A stretch of DNA of 64,000 nucleotides from Candidatus Hydrogenedentota bacterium (GCA_963674865.2 CAXXYE010000004.1:416001-480000); one strand, 5' to 3'; positions 40,513-50,569 are shown, counted from the stretch's first letter. Translations and numbers: made by a program. Notes: a model not told the origin generated them from the letters alone.

Positions 40513-42960
40513 ATGCATGGGATTAGTGACAAGGACCTGATCCAGGCCGCGCTGGACGGGAACCGACGCGCCTACGGCCGGCTCGTCGAGCGCTATCAGT
40601 CTGCGGTGTGCGCCATAGCGTATGGAACCACGGGCGACGCAAGTCTAAGCGAAGATGTCGGCCAGGAGACCTTTGTGGCTGCGTGGAAGGGCCTGGCCGG
40701 GCTTCGGGACTTCAGCAAGTTCCGGCCGTGGCTTCTCGGCATCGCGCGCAATGTCTCGCTGCTTGCATTGAGAAAGCGCAGGCGGGACACGACGGCGCGT
40801 GCCGCGGCGCTCGACGAGGCCAAGGCCCAAACCACGAATGCCGCCACACCGCTCCAGGAGGCCATAAGCCACGAGGAGGCCAGACTCCTTTGGCAGAGCA
40901 TCGAGCGAATTCCCGAAGCCTACCGCATTCCGCTCGTCTTGTATTACCGGGAAGGATGCTCCGTCCAGTACGTGGCTGAGATGCTCGGCATTTCCAGCAA
41001 CGCGGCGAAGCAGCGCCTGTTCCGGGGGCGGCAAATGGTGCGCGAGGAAGTCGCCAAGTTTGTCGAGGGCGCCCTCGAGAAGACGCGGCCAAGACGCAGC
41101 CTGGCGCCGGGCGTCCTGGCGGCGTTATCCGGGGCACGCCTTATCCCCCTGGTGCGAAGCCTTTCGGGCGTGAGGGCGTCCCTTAGCGCGGCCTTTAAGG
41201 GGGCCGTTATCCCGGGATTTGGTGTTGCCGCGGGCGTCGTTTTGATGGCACTGACGGCCATGCTCGTGGTGCCCAAGCCCCCCGAAGCGAAGAGTGCGTC
41301 AGCGCTGGCACGGGCCGATGGAACGAGTGATCGACGCGAGGCTCCGATTGCTCCGGAAGCGGCCGCGTCCGCCACGACGGATCCGGATCCCCCGTCCAAG
41401 TTGCTGGACGAGCGGCCGTTATCTACAGAATCCACCTCAAAAGCCACAACGAGCGAGGAAGATCCTCGTCAGGCGCGCATTGACCTCGCAAGGGCCGCCT
41501 TGCGCGAGGCTTGGCTGACAAAGCCCATGGAGGCGGCCGACTCACTCGTCATCAAGGGATGGACGTACCTGGCGATGCTCGGCGAGCCGGAAGGCAAGAA
41601 GAGGCTCATGGAAGTCGTCAGGTCATTGGACAGCCAGGCCCAGCTCGCCAACTGGCACATGCTTGTCTACCTGAACGATCACGATGCCAATGACTACCTG
41701 GCTGCTATTGCCGGAGATCCACGCCAACCGCTCGACATCCGCGTGAAAGCCTTCGAAGGCATCCTCGGTGAGGAATTCGCCCCCGCCCAGCAGCTCCGTG
41801 TCCCGGAGGTCATTGAGGCATACTACCGCGACAAGATCGTCGAGTCGGACTTCGCGCTTATGCCCATGCGACGTCTTGCCGGCGCTGCCACCGAGTCGAG
41901 CCGCCCATTTCTCGAAGATATTGTGGAAGTGTGGGCTTTTGACGGCAATTCGCCCGGAAGGGCTGCCTTCGGGCACGCCTATGCCGCGCGAGCCCGGCTC
42001 GGTAAGGCCTACAAAGAGATGACAAATCCCGTTTGTGTCGTTGAAGAGGCCATCAGTGTTTTGAAACGCCTCAACAATCCCGATTCGGTTCCTCTGCTGC
42101 GTGAAGTGGCGCTCGACTCGCCGTCGTCGGAACTCCGGTGTCACGCAATCTGTGCTTTGTGCGCCATGGGAGAGGAAGCGTTTGCAGTCGAGCAGATGAT
42201 GTCACATGTCAGGAATGAGCACGACATCCTGGTGCAGATGGACTACGCCTACCATCTCGCCGAAGCGGGCAATGATTCGTATCTCTATGTGATCCGGAAC
42301 GCCATGGCGCATCGTGATGCCAACGTGCGGACTCGGGCCTACGCCGGCTTGTGCGAACTGGGCGATTCCACGTTCATCGAGGCCGCCGCCGCCGACTTCA
42401 GGGCCTCCACCGGGGAACCTGTCGGCTACTACGACATCCTGGCGGCCAATGGCCACCAGAGAGGATTCCGCCTTCAAGGGCGCCCCGGATACTTGAGCAC
42501 AGTCTTGCGGGATTACCTCTATACGCTCACCAGGCAATGCCGAACGCCGCAGGCCGAGCACCTCGGACTGAGCGCACTCCTGAGCGGCAGCGACAAGCAA
42601 CTCCGACTCGTCTTGCCTCTGGCCGAGAAGGTGTTGCGAGAACCGCCGGTAACTTGGCCCGCTGCCGGCCTACCGGACAAGAACACGTCCTGCGCTCATA
42701 GCGCACAGGTAATGAAGCTGGTCGTTATGGTGCGAGCTGGCGACGACGGACTTCAAGACCTGGCGGTTGCTCGCGTCCAGGCGATGTACGAACACGACTC
42801 GGCGGCGAGGGGTTCGCTCATGTTTCTGGCACGATGGGCACGCTCCCCTAAAATGGCGCCGCTCTTTGCTCGCATCATCGAGAAGACGCCCAACGCCAAT
42901 GAGCGTGTCATGGCCGCGGCATGGCTGCTCGCCAACGAGGCAGGTGTCCTTCCCGAATGA
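40513..42960 (+). CDS. ECF sigma factor fused to TM and a HEAT-repeat C-terminal extension
   Basis: SEDVGQETF, WLLGIARN, LVLYYREG..KQRLFRGR, then TM, Pro/Ala linker and HEAT-like repeats. Confidence 0.8.
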   Translation: MHGISDKDLIQAALDGNRRAYGRLVERYQSAVCAIAYGTTGDASLSEDVGQETFVAAWKGLAGLRDFSKFRPWLLGIARNVSLLALRKRRRDTTARAAALDEAKAQTTNAATPLQEAISHEEARLLWQSIERIPEAYRIPLVLYYREGCSVQYVAEMLGISSNAAKQRLFRGRQMVREEVAKFVEGALEKTRPRRSLAPGVLAALSGARLIPLVRSLSGVRASLSAAFKGAVIPGFGVAAGVVLMALTAMLVVPKPPEAKSASALARADGTSDRREAPIAPEAAASATTDPDPPSKLLDERPLSTESTSKATTSEEDPRQARIDLARAALREAWLTKPMEAADSLVIKGWTYLAMLGEPEGKKRLMEVVRSLDSQAQLANWHMLVYLNDHDANDYLAAIAGDPRQPLDIRVKAFEGILGEEFAPAQQLRVPEVIEAYYRDKIVESDFALMPMRRLAGAATESSRPFLEDIVEVWAFDGNSPGRAAFGHAYAARARLGKAYKEMTNPVCVVEEAISVLKRLNNPDSVPLLREVALDSPSSELRCHAICALCAMGEEAFAVEQMMSHVRNEHDILVQMDYAYHLAEAGNDSYLYVIRNAMAHRDANVRTRAYAGLCELGDSTFIEAAAADFRASTGEPVGYYDILAANGHQRGFRLQGRPGYLSTVLRDYLYTLTRQCRTPQAEHLGLSALLSGSDKQLRLVLPLAEKVLREPPVTWPAAGLPDKNTSCAHSAQVMKLVVMVRAGDDGLQDLAVARVQAMYEHDSAARGSLMFLARWARSPKMAPLFARIIEKTPNANERVMAAAWLLANEAGVLPE

Positions 42961-43014
42961 TGTGGGCGCCCTTGGCGGCATGCACCTGTAGGGTCCTATT
43001 ACTCATCCTACATA

Positions 43015-44271
43015 CTAGTGCAACCTGATCCAGCGCAGCAATTCCCACAGCGAAGGTTGCTTGCCGTACATGAGGATGCCTGTCCGGAAGATTTTGGCGG
43101 CGGCCCACATGATTGCGGGGACGGAGAGCGCGAGAACAACGAGGGACATGATGATCTGGAATATGGATAGGTCGGGCTGTGCGGCCAGACGCGTGATCAT
43201 GATCATGGGCGCCGTCGGCGGAATGAAGGACAAGGATATAGCCAGCGGGCCGTCCGGATACTGCACGATATAGAACCAGGCCGCGAGAGGCAGCGTGATG
43301 AGAATCATGAGTGGCGTCATAAGCCCTTGGGCCTCCTTGAGCGTGTTGCAGGCCGCACCGATGGCCGCGAAGAGCGATGAGAACATGAGGAAGCCAAGGA
43401 CAAAGTAGCACAGGAAATAGCCAAGGCCGACGGTGCTGAAAAGATTGCCCCAGCCTTGGGACAGCGCGACGCCATAGGCCACGACGCCCCATATCAAGAC
43501 GACTGTCAGGCCGATGGCGCCCAGTCCGAGGATCTTGCCGGCCATAAGTTGGAAGGGGCTGAGCGCCGAAAGCAGTACCTCAATCACGCGGGAGTTCTTC
43601 TCTTCAATGACGCTGGTGAGCATGCCTTGGCTCGTCCCTAGTATGCCTAGGAACATCAGGAACAGAAGGAAGGCCGGTGTCATGATCCGGGCGATGGGCG
43701 GGCCCAACCGATCAGTCTCCTCCGTTACGTCCACCTGGGCCACGGGGACGGGCCGGCGAATCTCATCGGCAATATCTGGTGACAGGTTGCGTTGGCGGAT
43801 GCGCGCATTGACGACGGCGTCGCGTAGAAGTCTTCGGACGGCCTGAAACGTCTGCATGTCGCTGATCTTCTTGGCTTTCATGAGCAGCCGTGAGGGCTCT
43901 GTTCCAGTCAAGACCGCCTCGTTGACGACGAGGCAGGCAGCGAATTTGCCTTCCCGGACCTTACGCTTGAGTTGCTCTACGCCCCCGGATTTATCCGCTT
44001 CGTAGATCGTCGGCGTCATCACGCGTTGAGGATTGGCCTTGTTGTACTCCCTGAAGGCCTGCGACAAATCCTGGGCCACCTCGCCGGAGAGATCGAGGAT
44101 GGCGATGGCCTGCGCGGACGTAGGGCCGTGCTCGATGCGGTGCTGCATCTTGTGCATGAAGAAGATGATGCCGCACATGAGCACCGGCGTCAGAAACACG
44201 CCGAAAAGGAAGATCTTGGTTCTCGCGGTTTCGATATACTCGCGCTTGGCGACGGCCAGTATCTTATTCAT
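43015..44271 (-). CDS. ABC-2 type permease (NatB-like)
   Basis: IEEKNSRVIEVLLS..P.QLMAGKILG; multi-TM. Confidence 0.88.
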   Translation of the reverse strand: MNKILAVAKREYIETARTKIFLFGVFLTPVLMCGIIFFMHKMQHRIEHGPTSAQAIAILDLSGEVAQDLSQAFREYNKANPQRVMTPTIYEADKSGGVEQLKRKVREGKFAACLVVNEAVLTGTEPSRLLMKAKKISDMQTFQAVRRLLRDAVVNARIRQRNLSPDIADEIRRPVPVAQVDVTEETDRLGPPIARIMTPAFLLFLMFLGILGTSQGMLTSVIEEKNSRVIEVLLSALSPFQLMAGKILGLGAIGLTVVLIWGVVAYGVALSQGWGNLFSTVGLGYFLCYFVLGFLMFSSLFAAIGAACNTLKEAQGLMTPLMILITLPLAAWFYIVQYPDGPLAISLSFIPPTAPMIMITRLAAQPDLSIFQIIMSLVVLALSVPAIMWAAAKIFRTGILMYGKQPSLWELLRWIRLH

Positions 44272-45166
44272 GCTCCCCCCGTACAAGTTCGACGAAGATC
44301 TCGCGCAAACAAGGTATTTTCACCTCGAATCGCCGCACACGGACTCTCGCTACGAGTGCCTCGAGGAGGTCCTGTGAGTCGGCGCCGTCCCGCAAGATCA
44401 CCTCCATACCGCCGTTCTGTCTGGTTGCGGCACCTACCATCGGAAGATCGGCAATGAAGGCGGTGTCGCCCTCCGCCTCGATGATGACGGCGCCGGAAGA
44501 GTGCTGCGCGCGGATGGCCTCAAGGGGGCCGTCAATCACTTTCGCTCCGTTGTTGATCAGGAGGATCAGGTCGCATAGTTGTTCGGCTTGCTCCATCACA
44601 TGTGTCGAGAAGATCACTGTCTTGCCGCTGTCGCGGAGGCGAAGCACAATGTCCTTAAGTAGATCCAGATTGATGGGATCAAGGCCGGAGAACGGCTCGT
44701 CGAGGATGAGCAGGTCGGGGTCCTTCAAGATAGTGGCGACAAACTGGAGTCTCTGCTGCATGCCACGGGAAAGCCCCTCCACCTTCTTGTCGGCGCAGTC
44801 GCTGAGGTCAACTTCCTGCAGCCAGTAATCGATGGCCGCATCGAGGGCGGCGCGCGAGAGTCCGCTGATCGCTCCGATGTAGCGCAGTACATTACGGACG
44901 CTCATCTTCGGATAGAGGCCGCGCTCCTCGGGCATATAGCCGATCCTGTGCTTGGCGGCCGCGGCTGAGGAGTTGCCGAATAGGGAGATGGCGCCGCTGT
45001 CCGGGCAGATGATGCTCATGATCATGCGGAGCGTTGTGGTCTTGCCGGCGCCATTGGGGCCCAGGAAGCCGTAGACGCTACCGGCAGGTACCTGCACACT
45101 CAAGCCATCCACGGCCTGGGTGGCCCCGAAGGATTTGGACACGTTCTCCAGCCGCAAGGCATCCAT
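44264..45166 (-). CDS. ABC transporter ATP-binding protein
   Basis: GPNGAGKTT, LSRGMQQ, ILDEPFSGLD. Confidence 0.93.
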   Translation of the reverse strand: MDALRLENVSKSFGATQAVDGLSVQVPAGSVYGFLGPNGAGKTTTLRMIMSIICPDSGAISLFGNSSAAAAKHRIGYMPEERGLYPKMSVRNVLRYIGAISGLSRAALDAAIDYWLQEVDLSDCADKKVEGLSRGMQQRLQFVATILKDPDLLILDEPFSGLDPINLDLLKDIVLRLRDSGKTVIFSTHVMEQAEQLCDLILLINNGAKVIDGPLEAIRAQHSSGAVIIEAEGDTAFIADLPMVGAATRQNGGMEVILRDGADSQDLLEALVARVRVRRFEVKIPCLREIFVELVRGEHE

Positions 45167-45383
45167 CAACACCTGCCCTTCTTGAGGCCCTCGTCAGGAA
45201 GGCTCCCCTTGCTCTGAGCGATTCCACCCGCTTGCGCGACGTGTGGACTTGGCCGCGGGACTTCGCTGCTGTCAGTGGACAAGTACACCGGAAATCATGC
45301 CGTTATTCTGCTTCGGGCGCAAATCGCCCAGCCAAGACGTCCGTGCCCTTGTCGAGGGACTTCTTCCGGCCTGTCACCCAGCT

Positions 45384-46493
45384 CTAAGCCGTTGGCGCTT
45401 GGCCGGGCCATGTGGCGATATGGGCGTAGCTTTTCCCGGCAGTGAGTTTCTGTGCGCGGCGACGGATTTCCGGATTGGGATCGTACAGTGCAAGCTCAAA
45501 GACCCGGCGGTGCTCTCCCGGATCCAATGCCGAGAGCAGCGCGGCTGACTCGACGCGCACGCAGCGGGATGGATCCTTCAGGCCGTACTCGATCCAGCCG
45601 GCCGCGTCCTCGCCCGCGTGTCTGGCGATAGCCGCGATAGCCGCGGCCCGGACGCGTCTGTCTTCCGAATCGGCAAGTGGGGCGATGACTTCCGGATCGC
45701 CCTGTGCGCTCCGGCGCATGGTGTGTAAGGCAGCAACGCGGACCTCGACCGATTCGTCTTCGAGGCACATCACGCACCAATCAAAGAGGTCGGGGACGAC
45801 GAGCTTCTCCAGAAGGGCTAGGCCGCGCGTGCGTCTCTCAGGCTTGTCCGCCAGCAGGCATTCCAGAGCCTCATCTTCGCGCGGATCGAGTTCCAGCGCG
45901 TCCACCTCTGCGTCAAGGTTGATGTTCAACTCGATGGACGTCACCTTGCGATGGGCATGCAGACGGCTCGCATCGATCTCCACACCTTCGAAGAAATCCG
46001 GTAGCCAGTGCCGGGCCACATCGAGGAGTTCCGTGGAGTGAATCCGGCCGTCGGGATTGGCCGCGAACCTGGCGGCTATCCATCGGGAGAGACGCAGGAC
46101 GCCGGGATGGCGCCGACTGACGCCCTTGTAAGGCTTCAAGCGCAGCAAGTCGTTGGCCCACGCCGCGATCTCGTCGGGCGTGGTGGGCTGCTCGGTAACG
46201 TGTGGGAATGAGCGAAGAACCGTGACGGGGACCGGGCCGTCCACCGCGATAATCCCGCCGGCAGTGCAGAACACCCGGTGTTTGCCCACGAGAGCCCGTA
46301 GCCGGCCAAGGTCGAGTTCGCAAACCAGGATGACCGGGCGGTCATGGGCGCGGCGGGCCTGGGTCTTGGCACGACCTTTGGCATAATGCCTGTTCGCCGC
46401 GAACCAAACTCGCCGCGACGGCTTCTTAGGCTTGAATCCTTCGACGCATATCCGCTGGGCCCGCCGGTGCGTGGTGCCGTGGTAGGCGATCAT
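45384..46493 (-). CDS. Putative ADP-ribosyltransferase-fold domain plus C-terminal HEAT repeats
   Basis: N-terminal YHGT..A..I..EGF...VWFA...A...A...PVILVCELD pattern; HEAT repeats (LEDESVEVRVAA, LADSEDRRVRAAA, LKDPSRCVRVE, LYDPNPEIRRRA); SD GAGGAGG. Confidence 0.65.
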   Translation of the reverse strand: MIAYHGTTHRRAQRICVEGFKPKKPSRRVWFAANRHYAKGRAKTQARRAHDRPVILVCELDLGRLRALVGKHRVFCTAGGIIAVDGPVPVTVLRSFPHVTEQPTTPDEIAAWANDLLRLKPYKGVSRRHPGVLRLSRWIAARFAANPDGRIHSTELLDVARHWLPDFFEGVEIDASRLHAHRKVTSIELNINLDAEVDALELDPREDEALECLLADKPERRTRGLALLEKLVVPDLFDWCVMCLEDESVEVRVAALHTMRRSAQGDPEVIAPLADSEDRRVRAAAIAAIARHAGEDAAGWIEYGLKDPSRCVRVESAALLSALDPGEHRRVFELALYDPNPEIRRRAQKLTAGKSYAHIATWPGQAPTA

Positions 46494-46505
46494 GGCGCGG
46501 CCTCC

Positions 46506-47060
46506 TCAGGCCGTTGGGCCGGCAGGCCGAAGGCTATATGTTATTGGGCGCTTAATCTTCTCAAAGCGCTTTCGGCCTTCTGGACTCAGACACCGAAACG
46601 CCTGCGGCGACAAGGTGACGCCCCGGCGCCCCAGACGCGCGGCGATGTTGACGGTTTTCCCGATAACATCGAACCGCTCGCCGCCCGGAGGGCCGAAGCT
46701 GCCCGCCAGCACCGGCCCCACGTGAATGTTGACGTTGAGATAGGCATCGAGCCCGGAAGTAAGGGCCAGTTGCCTTGCCGCCTCCGCGAGTTCGCAAAGG
46801 GCGAAGATGACATCCTCCGCCGCGTCCGTCGGGAATGCGGCGAGGCCCGCATCGCCCATGCACTTGACGATCCTTCCCTCGGCCGGCTCGATGCGCTCCG
46901 CGGCCAGAGTGTAGAACGCCTGCAAAAACGCGGCGATTCGCTCATCTTCATCGCTGGATGACCACTCGGCGAAGCGAGAGAAATCGAAGAAGGCGATGCC
47001 GAGTGTTTGGGATTCGACATCCGGGGGCAGCGGCGTGGGAACCTTGGCGTGCTTGGACAT
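46506..47060 (-). CDS. Stand-alone class III adenylate/guanylate cyclase domain protein (184 aa)
   Basis: AFFDFSRF, IVKCMGD, IHVGPV, FDVIGKTVNIAARL; ATG 47060 with SD GGGAG. Confidence 0.85.
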   Translation of the reverse strand: MSKHAKVPTPLPPDVESQTLGIAFFDFSRFAEWSSSDEDERIAAFLQAFYTLAAERIEPAEGRIVKCMGDAGLAAFPTDAAEDVIFALCELAEAARQLALTSGLDAYLNVNIHVGPVLAGSFGPPGGERFDVIGKTVNIAARLGRRGVTLSPQAFRCLSPEGRKRFEKIKRPITYSLRPAGPTA

Positions 47061-47230
47061 AACGGTGCTCCCTGTTCTGATAAGGCATATAACGTTGGCC
47101 TCGGCCAGCCATGGCGGCCGGTGATCCAACAAGTTCATTGTATGCCGAAAGCCGCAAAAGGACAAGCACAATTGACACGCGTTCTTGCCGGCCTTACCAT
47201 CCGGGCCAGTGCGTTTCGTGGCCGGAGGCG

Positions 47231-48043
47231 ATGATGAACAGGCGGTGGTGCATAGCGAACATGGTGTGGCGTATCGGCGAAGTACTCGATTTCCACGAAC
47301 AAGTGGCTTGGATACGCGAGGCCGGATTCGACGGCGTAGGATTCCATGCCAGTCCGGGGACTCGGGGAGAATGGCAAGGGGTGGATCCCGGCGCTTGTAT
47401 AGGCGACGCGCGGATGCGGCTGCGCGACGAGATGAGGCGCCTGGCATGTGTGGAGGTTCACGCGCCGTTTGAGATCGAACTCCGAGGGGAGGAGCCATTG
47501 TCCAGCGTGTCGGTGTTGCGGCCCATTGTCCAATTCGCAGGGGACGTGGCTGCCGGGATTGTCACGGTCCACGGCCAGCTGCCGGAGGATGATGCGAAAG
47601 CGTCCCAATGGGCGGACGCGATGGCTCAACTGGACGCCGAAGCCGTCCACGCGAAGACGGTCGTGGGGCTGGAGCTTGTCGAGGGATTCGATATGCTTAG
47701 ACGCTGGAACTTATCGAATATCGGCGTTACTCTGGATGTCGGCCACATGTACGCGCGGGATGAGGGTCGCCACTTGGCGTCTCTTGGCGGCATCGGCGCG
47801 GTCATTCGACAGCTAGGGAGTTTTCTTGTTCATCTTCATCTCCACGACTACGACGGCGAACGCGATCACATCGAGTGCGGCCAAGGTATGGTTGACTTCG
47901 CCGAGATCGCCGCTGCCTTGCGGGACATCAACTACCTCGGCGCAGTGTGCCTTGAACTTAATCCCAGACGCGTGGCGCCCCGAGGGATACTCCGAAGCAA
48001 ACGGTATCTGGAGAGGTGCTTTCGCAAGGTGCGTGAAACATGA
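47231..48043 (+). CDS. Sugar phosphate isomerase/epimerase TIM-barrel protein
   Basis: VHAP, TVHG, GLE, TLDVGH, HLHLHD...DH..G.G.VDF, LEL. Confidence 0.85.
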   Translation: MMNRRWCIANMVWRIGEVLDFHEQVAWIREAGFDGVGFHASPGTRGEWQGVDPGACIGDARMRLRDEMRRLACVEVHAPFEIELRGEEPLSSVSVLRPIVQFAGDVAAGIVTVHGQLPEDDAKASQWADAMAQLDAEAVHAKTVVGLELVEGFDMLRRWNLSNIGVTLDVGHMYARDEGRHLASLGGIGAVIRQLGSFLVHLHLHDYDGERDHIECGQGMVDFAEIAAALRDINYLGAVCLELNPRRVAPRGILRSKRYLERCFRKVRET

Positions 48044-48810
48044 AGCGGCTCTGGATTGCAGATGTGCATGCGAATCTTCGCGCGTTCGAAGCGGTACTCG
48101 ATGACGCCGGCTCCGTGGATGAAATCGTCTTCCTCGGCGACATCGTCGGATTTGGCCCGCATCCGTCCGCGTGTCTCGAATTGCTTCGGCGAATCGAGGC
48201 GCGGGCCGCTGTGGGCAACCACGATTCATCCATTGCCGCAAGAAGGGGGCGGGCTCCTCGGCTCTCAACGCCGGTCGATTGGGATGAGTGGACGCTCAGC
48301 CAACTCACTAGAGAACAGCTTGCCTACTTGGCATCGCTGCCGGAGGCGCTTTCGATATCCTCCGATGGGCGCGAGATCGTGGCGATGCACCATCCCCCCG
48401 GCGCGCCCTACCTGCACCCCGCCATGCCGGATGATGTGCTGGCTGCCCACTTCAAGGGCGTGTCTGGGGCGGAGGTGTTCTGCGGCCATTCGCACCGCGC
48501 TATTGATCGGAGAGTGGAAGGGCGCCGGCTTGTATGCATTCCCGCCGTCGGCCAGTCCCGCAATGGCGATGTTCGCGCCGGATATGCCATTGAGCAGGAT
48601 GGGGAGCTGCAGTTCCGGTTCGTGTCGTATGATATCGAGCAGGTTGTTCGCGACATAGAGGCCATCGGCCTTCCAGAGCCCTTTGGCACACGTTGGATTG
48701 GCTTTCTTCGCAAAGGCTATGACGCTGTGTGGTCGAGGGAATGGCCGCCGCACGAAGAGGCGGCAACCCTTTCAGCCTCAGGGGCCGTACTCGGGAGATC
48801 CAAAGCATGA
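48040..48810 (+). CDS. Metallophosphoesterase (calcineurin-like)
   Basis: ADVHAN, GDIVG, GNHD, GHSH. Confidence 0.9.
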   Translation: MKRLWIADVHANLRAFEAVLDDAGSVDEIVFLGDIVGFGPHPSACLELLRRIEARAAVGNHDSSIAARRGRAPRLSTPVDWDEWTLSQLTREQLAYLASLPEALSISSDGREIVAMHHPPGAPYLHPAMPDDVLAAHFKGVSGAEVFCGHSHRAIDRRVEGRRLVCIPAVGQSRNGDVRAGYAIEQDGELQFRFVSYDIEQVVRDIEAIGLPEPFGTRWIGFLRKGYDAVWSREWPPHEEAATLSASGAVLGRSKA

Positions 48811-49283
48811 CAGATGAAGCGCGGCGAAGACCTGACGATTTCTCTGTTCGCTATTCCTGGCGGGAGGGGGCATTGCCGCCCCCTCATCACTACGAATACG
48901 TCATCGAGGTCGGCCCCGGCCCAGTAGGCAAGATCACCTTCTATCCTGATTATCCGATGGAGAATCCGCCCGTGTGGGAAGAGAAACTCGACGTAGAGTT
49001 GGAGAAACTCGACGAACTCCATACGTTCCTCGCCAAAGGGAACATGATTCGCGGAGACTGGGAGGAAGCTGAGGATGACGCCGTGGGAGGGCGTCTCGAA
49101 TGGATGGAGATCAGGTCGAATGGTGAGCGGCACATGGTACCTAGCGGCATTCGCGATCCGGAGAACGTGGTGGGAGTATACCAATTCATTCAATCACTCG
49201 TGGGCGATGCGGTTTGGGAAAAACTGATGGCCCAACGCGATGAGTACATGAAAGGCTACGCGGCAGGACACGGGGGGGGATGA
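48807..49283 (+). CDS. Hypothetical protein
   Basis: ATGA overlap with the upstream gene; SD GGGAG; plausible soluble acidic protein. Confidence 0.65.
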   Translation: MTDEARRRPDDFSVRYSWREGALPPPHHYEYVIEVGPGPVGKITFYPDYPMENPPVWEEKLDVELEKLDELHTFLAKGNMIRGDWEEAEDDAVGGRLEWMEIRSNGERHMVPSGIRDPENVVGVYQFIQSLVGDAVWEKLMAQRDEYMKGYAAGHGGG

Positions 49284-49303
49284 AGCCGGGGCAGGCCAGG
49301 AGC

Positions 49304-50569
49304 CTACGGGACGGCGCGCAGGAATTCCTCATATTGTCTGCTCGCTTCCCGTTGGGCGTCGGCGCGTATGCCGTCCAGATCGCGGAAGTGCTGGCCGAGA
49401 ATGCCTGTGACACGCGGATCCATCTCGCCACCTCGAACCATCCCGTCCAGAATGCCTTTGGCTTCATCCGGACTCATCCCCTTCCGGTAGGGCCGGTCTT
49501 CCGTCAGGGCGGTGAACACGTCCGCCACGGCCATGATCCGTGATCCGAGGGGCAGGTCATCCCCGGTGAGGTGGAAGGGGTAGCCCGTGCCGTTCATGCG
49601 TTCCTGGTGGAATGACGCCCAGGCCCGAACATCGCCCAGGCCCTCAATGGGTTCAAGGATGCGAAAGGTGTGGTAAACGTGCCACTGCATAACGGCGAAC
49701 TCACCGGCTTCGAGACGGGCCGGCTTCTCAAGAATCTCGAGCGGAATGCCCAGCTTCCCGAGATCGTGCAGGCATCCCGCAACACGCATCATGCGGCACT
49801 CATTCTCTGAAAAGCCATGGAGGCGAGCCAATTCCTCGGCCGTGGCAACCACGCCGCTACAGTGCGTGGCGGTGTAGTGGCTGCGGAAGTCGATGATGGT
49901 TCGGAACAGATTGCCGAGATCTTCAAGTCCCCTGCCATCAAGTTCCACGGGCTCCAGGCAAGTGCGGCTCCTGAGGACAGGCGCCACGGAGGGTGAGCCT
50001 AAGTCTAGCCAGAAGAACTCTTTGCCGGCTATGCTATCGAATGCCTCGACCAACTCCGGCATGAACATAACGCCGGTCTTCTCCCTGATCTTCTTTCGAA
50101 TGCTCTGTGTCTGTGTGAGAATGGCCTCCCCGCGTTCAAGAAGGACGGCGACGCGGTCGGCAAGGTGAATGATGTGGCTTCCCAAAGCCACTTCCTCCCC
50201 GCCAAATTCCCGGCCACCGCCGTCGGCCCACGGTACATGGTGATGTTTCACGAATTCCGCGGCCTCGGCGAAAGGCTGGAAAGCGGTGAGCAGCTGGTGG
50301 CCGATCCACGCGTGTCGGTGAGGTCGGATGAGTTCGAAGTCGAGTGTGTCGCGGCGCTCCTTGGCCGAGAACGCCCCAATGTCGTGAAGGGCCGCGGCCA
50401 GGAACACGGCGTTGCGGTGGTCGGGCTCCAGGTCGAGTTCATCGGCGATGGCACTGGCTATGTAAGCCACCTGCAGATGGTGATCCACGACCACAGGACT
50501 CAGGAGGTCCATGGCGTCAGAGATGCTGATGATGAGGTCGAAGAGCGGGATTCGGGTCGGCCTGTTCAT
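49304..50569 (-). CDS. Tandem HD / HD-GYP phosphohydrolase
   Basis: LHDIG in a degenerate first domain; LHDLGK, HQERMNGTGYP, VADVFTALTEDRPYR in the second. Confidence 0.9.
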   Translation of the reverse strand: MNRPTRIPLFDLIISISDAMDLLSPVVVDHHLQVAYIASAIADELDLEPDHRNAVFLAAALHDIGAFSAKERRDTLDFELIRPHRHAWIGHQLLTAFQPFAEAAEFVKHHHVPWADGGGREFGGEEVALGSHIIHLADRVAVLLERGEAILTQTQSIRKKIREKTGVMFMPELVEAFDSIAGKEFFWLDLGSPSVAPVLRSRTCLEPVELDGRGLEDLGNLFRTIIDFRSHYTATHCSGVVATAEELARLHGFSENECRMMRVAGCLHDLGKLGIPLEILEKPARLEAGEFAVMQWHVYHTFRILEPIEGLGDVRAWASFHQERMNGTGYPFHLTGDDLPLGSRIMAVADVFTALTEDRPYRKGMSPDEAKGILDGMVRGGEMDPRVTGILGQHFRDLDGIRADAQREASRQYEEFLRAVP

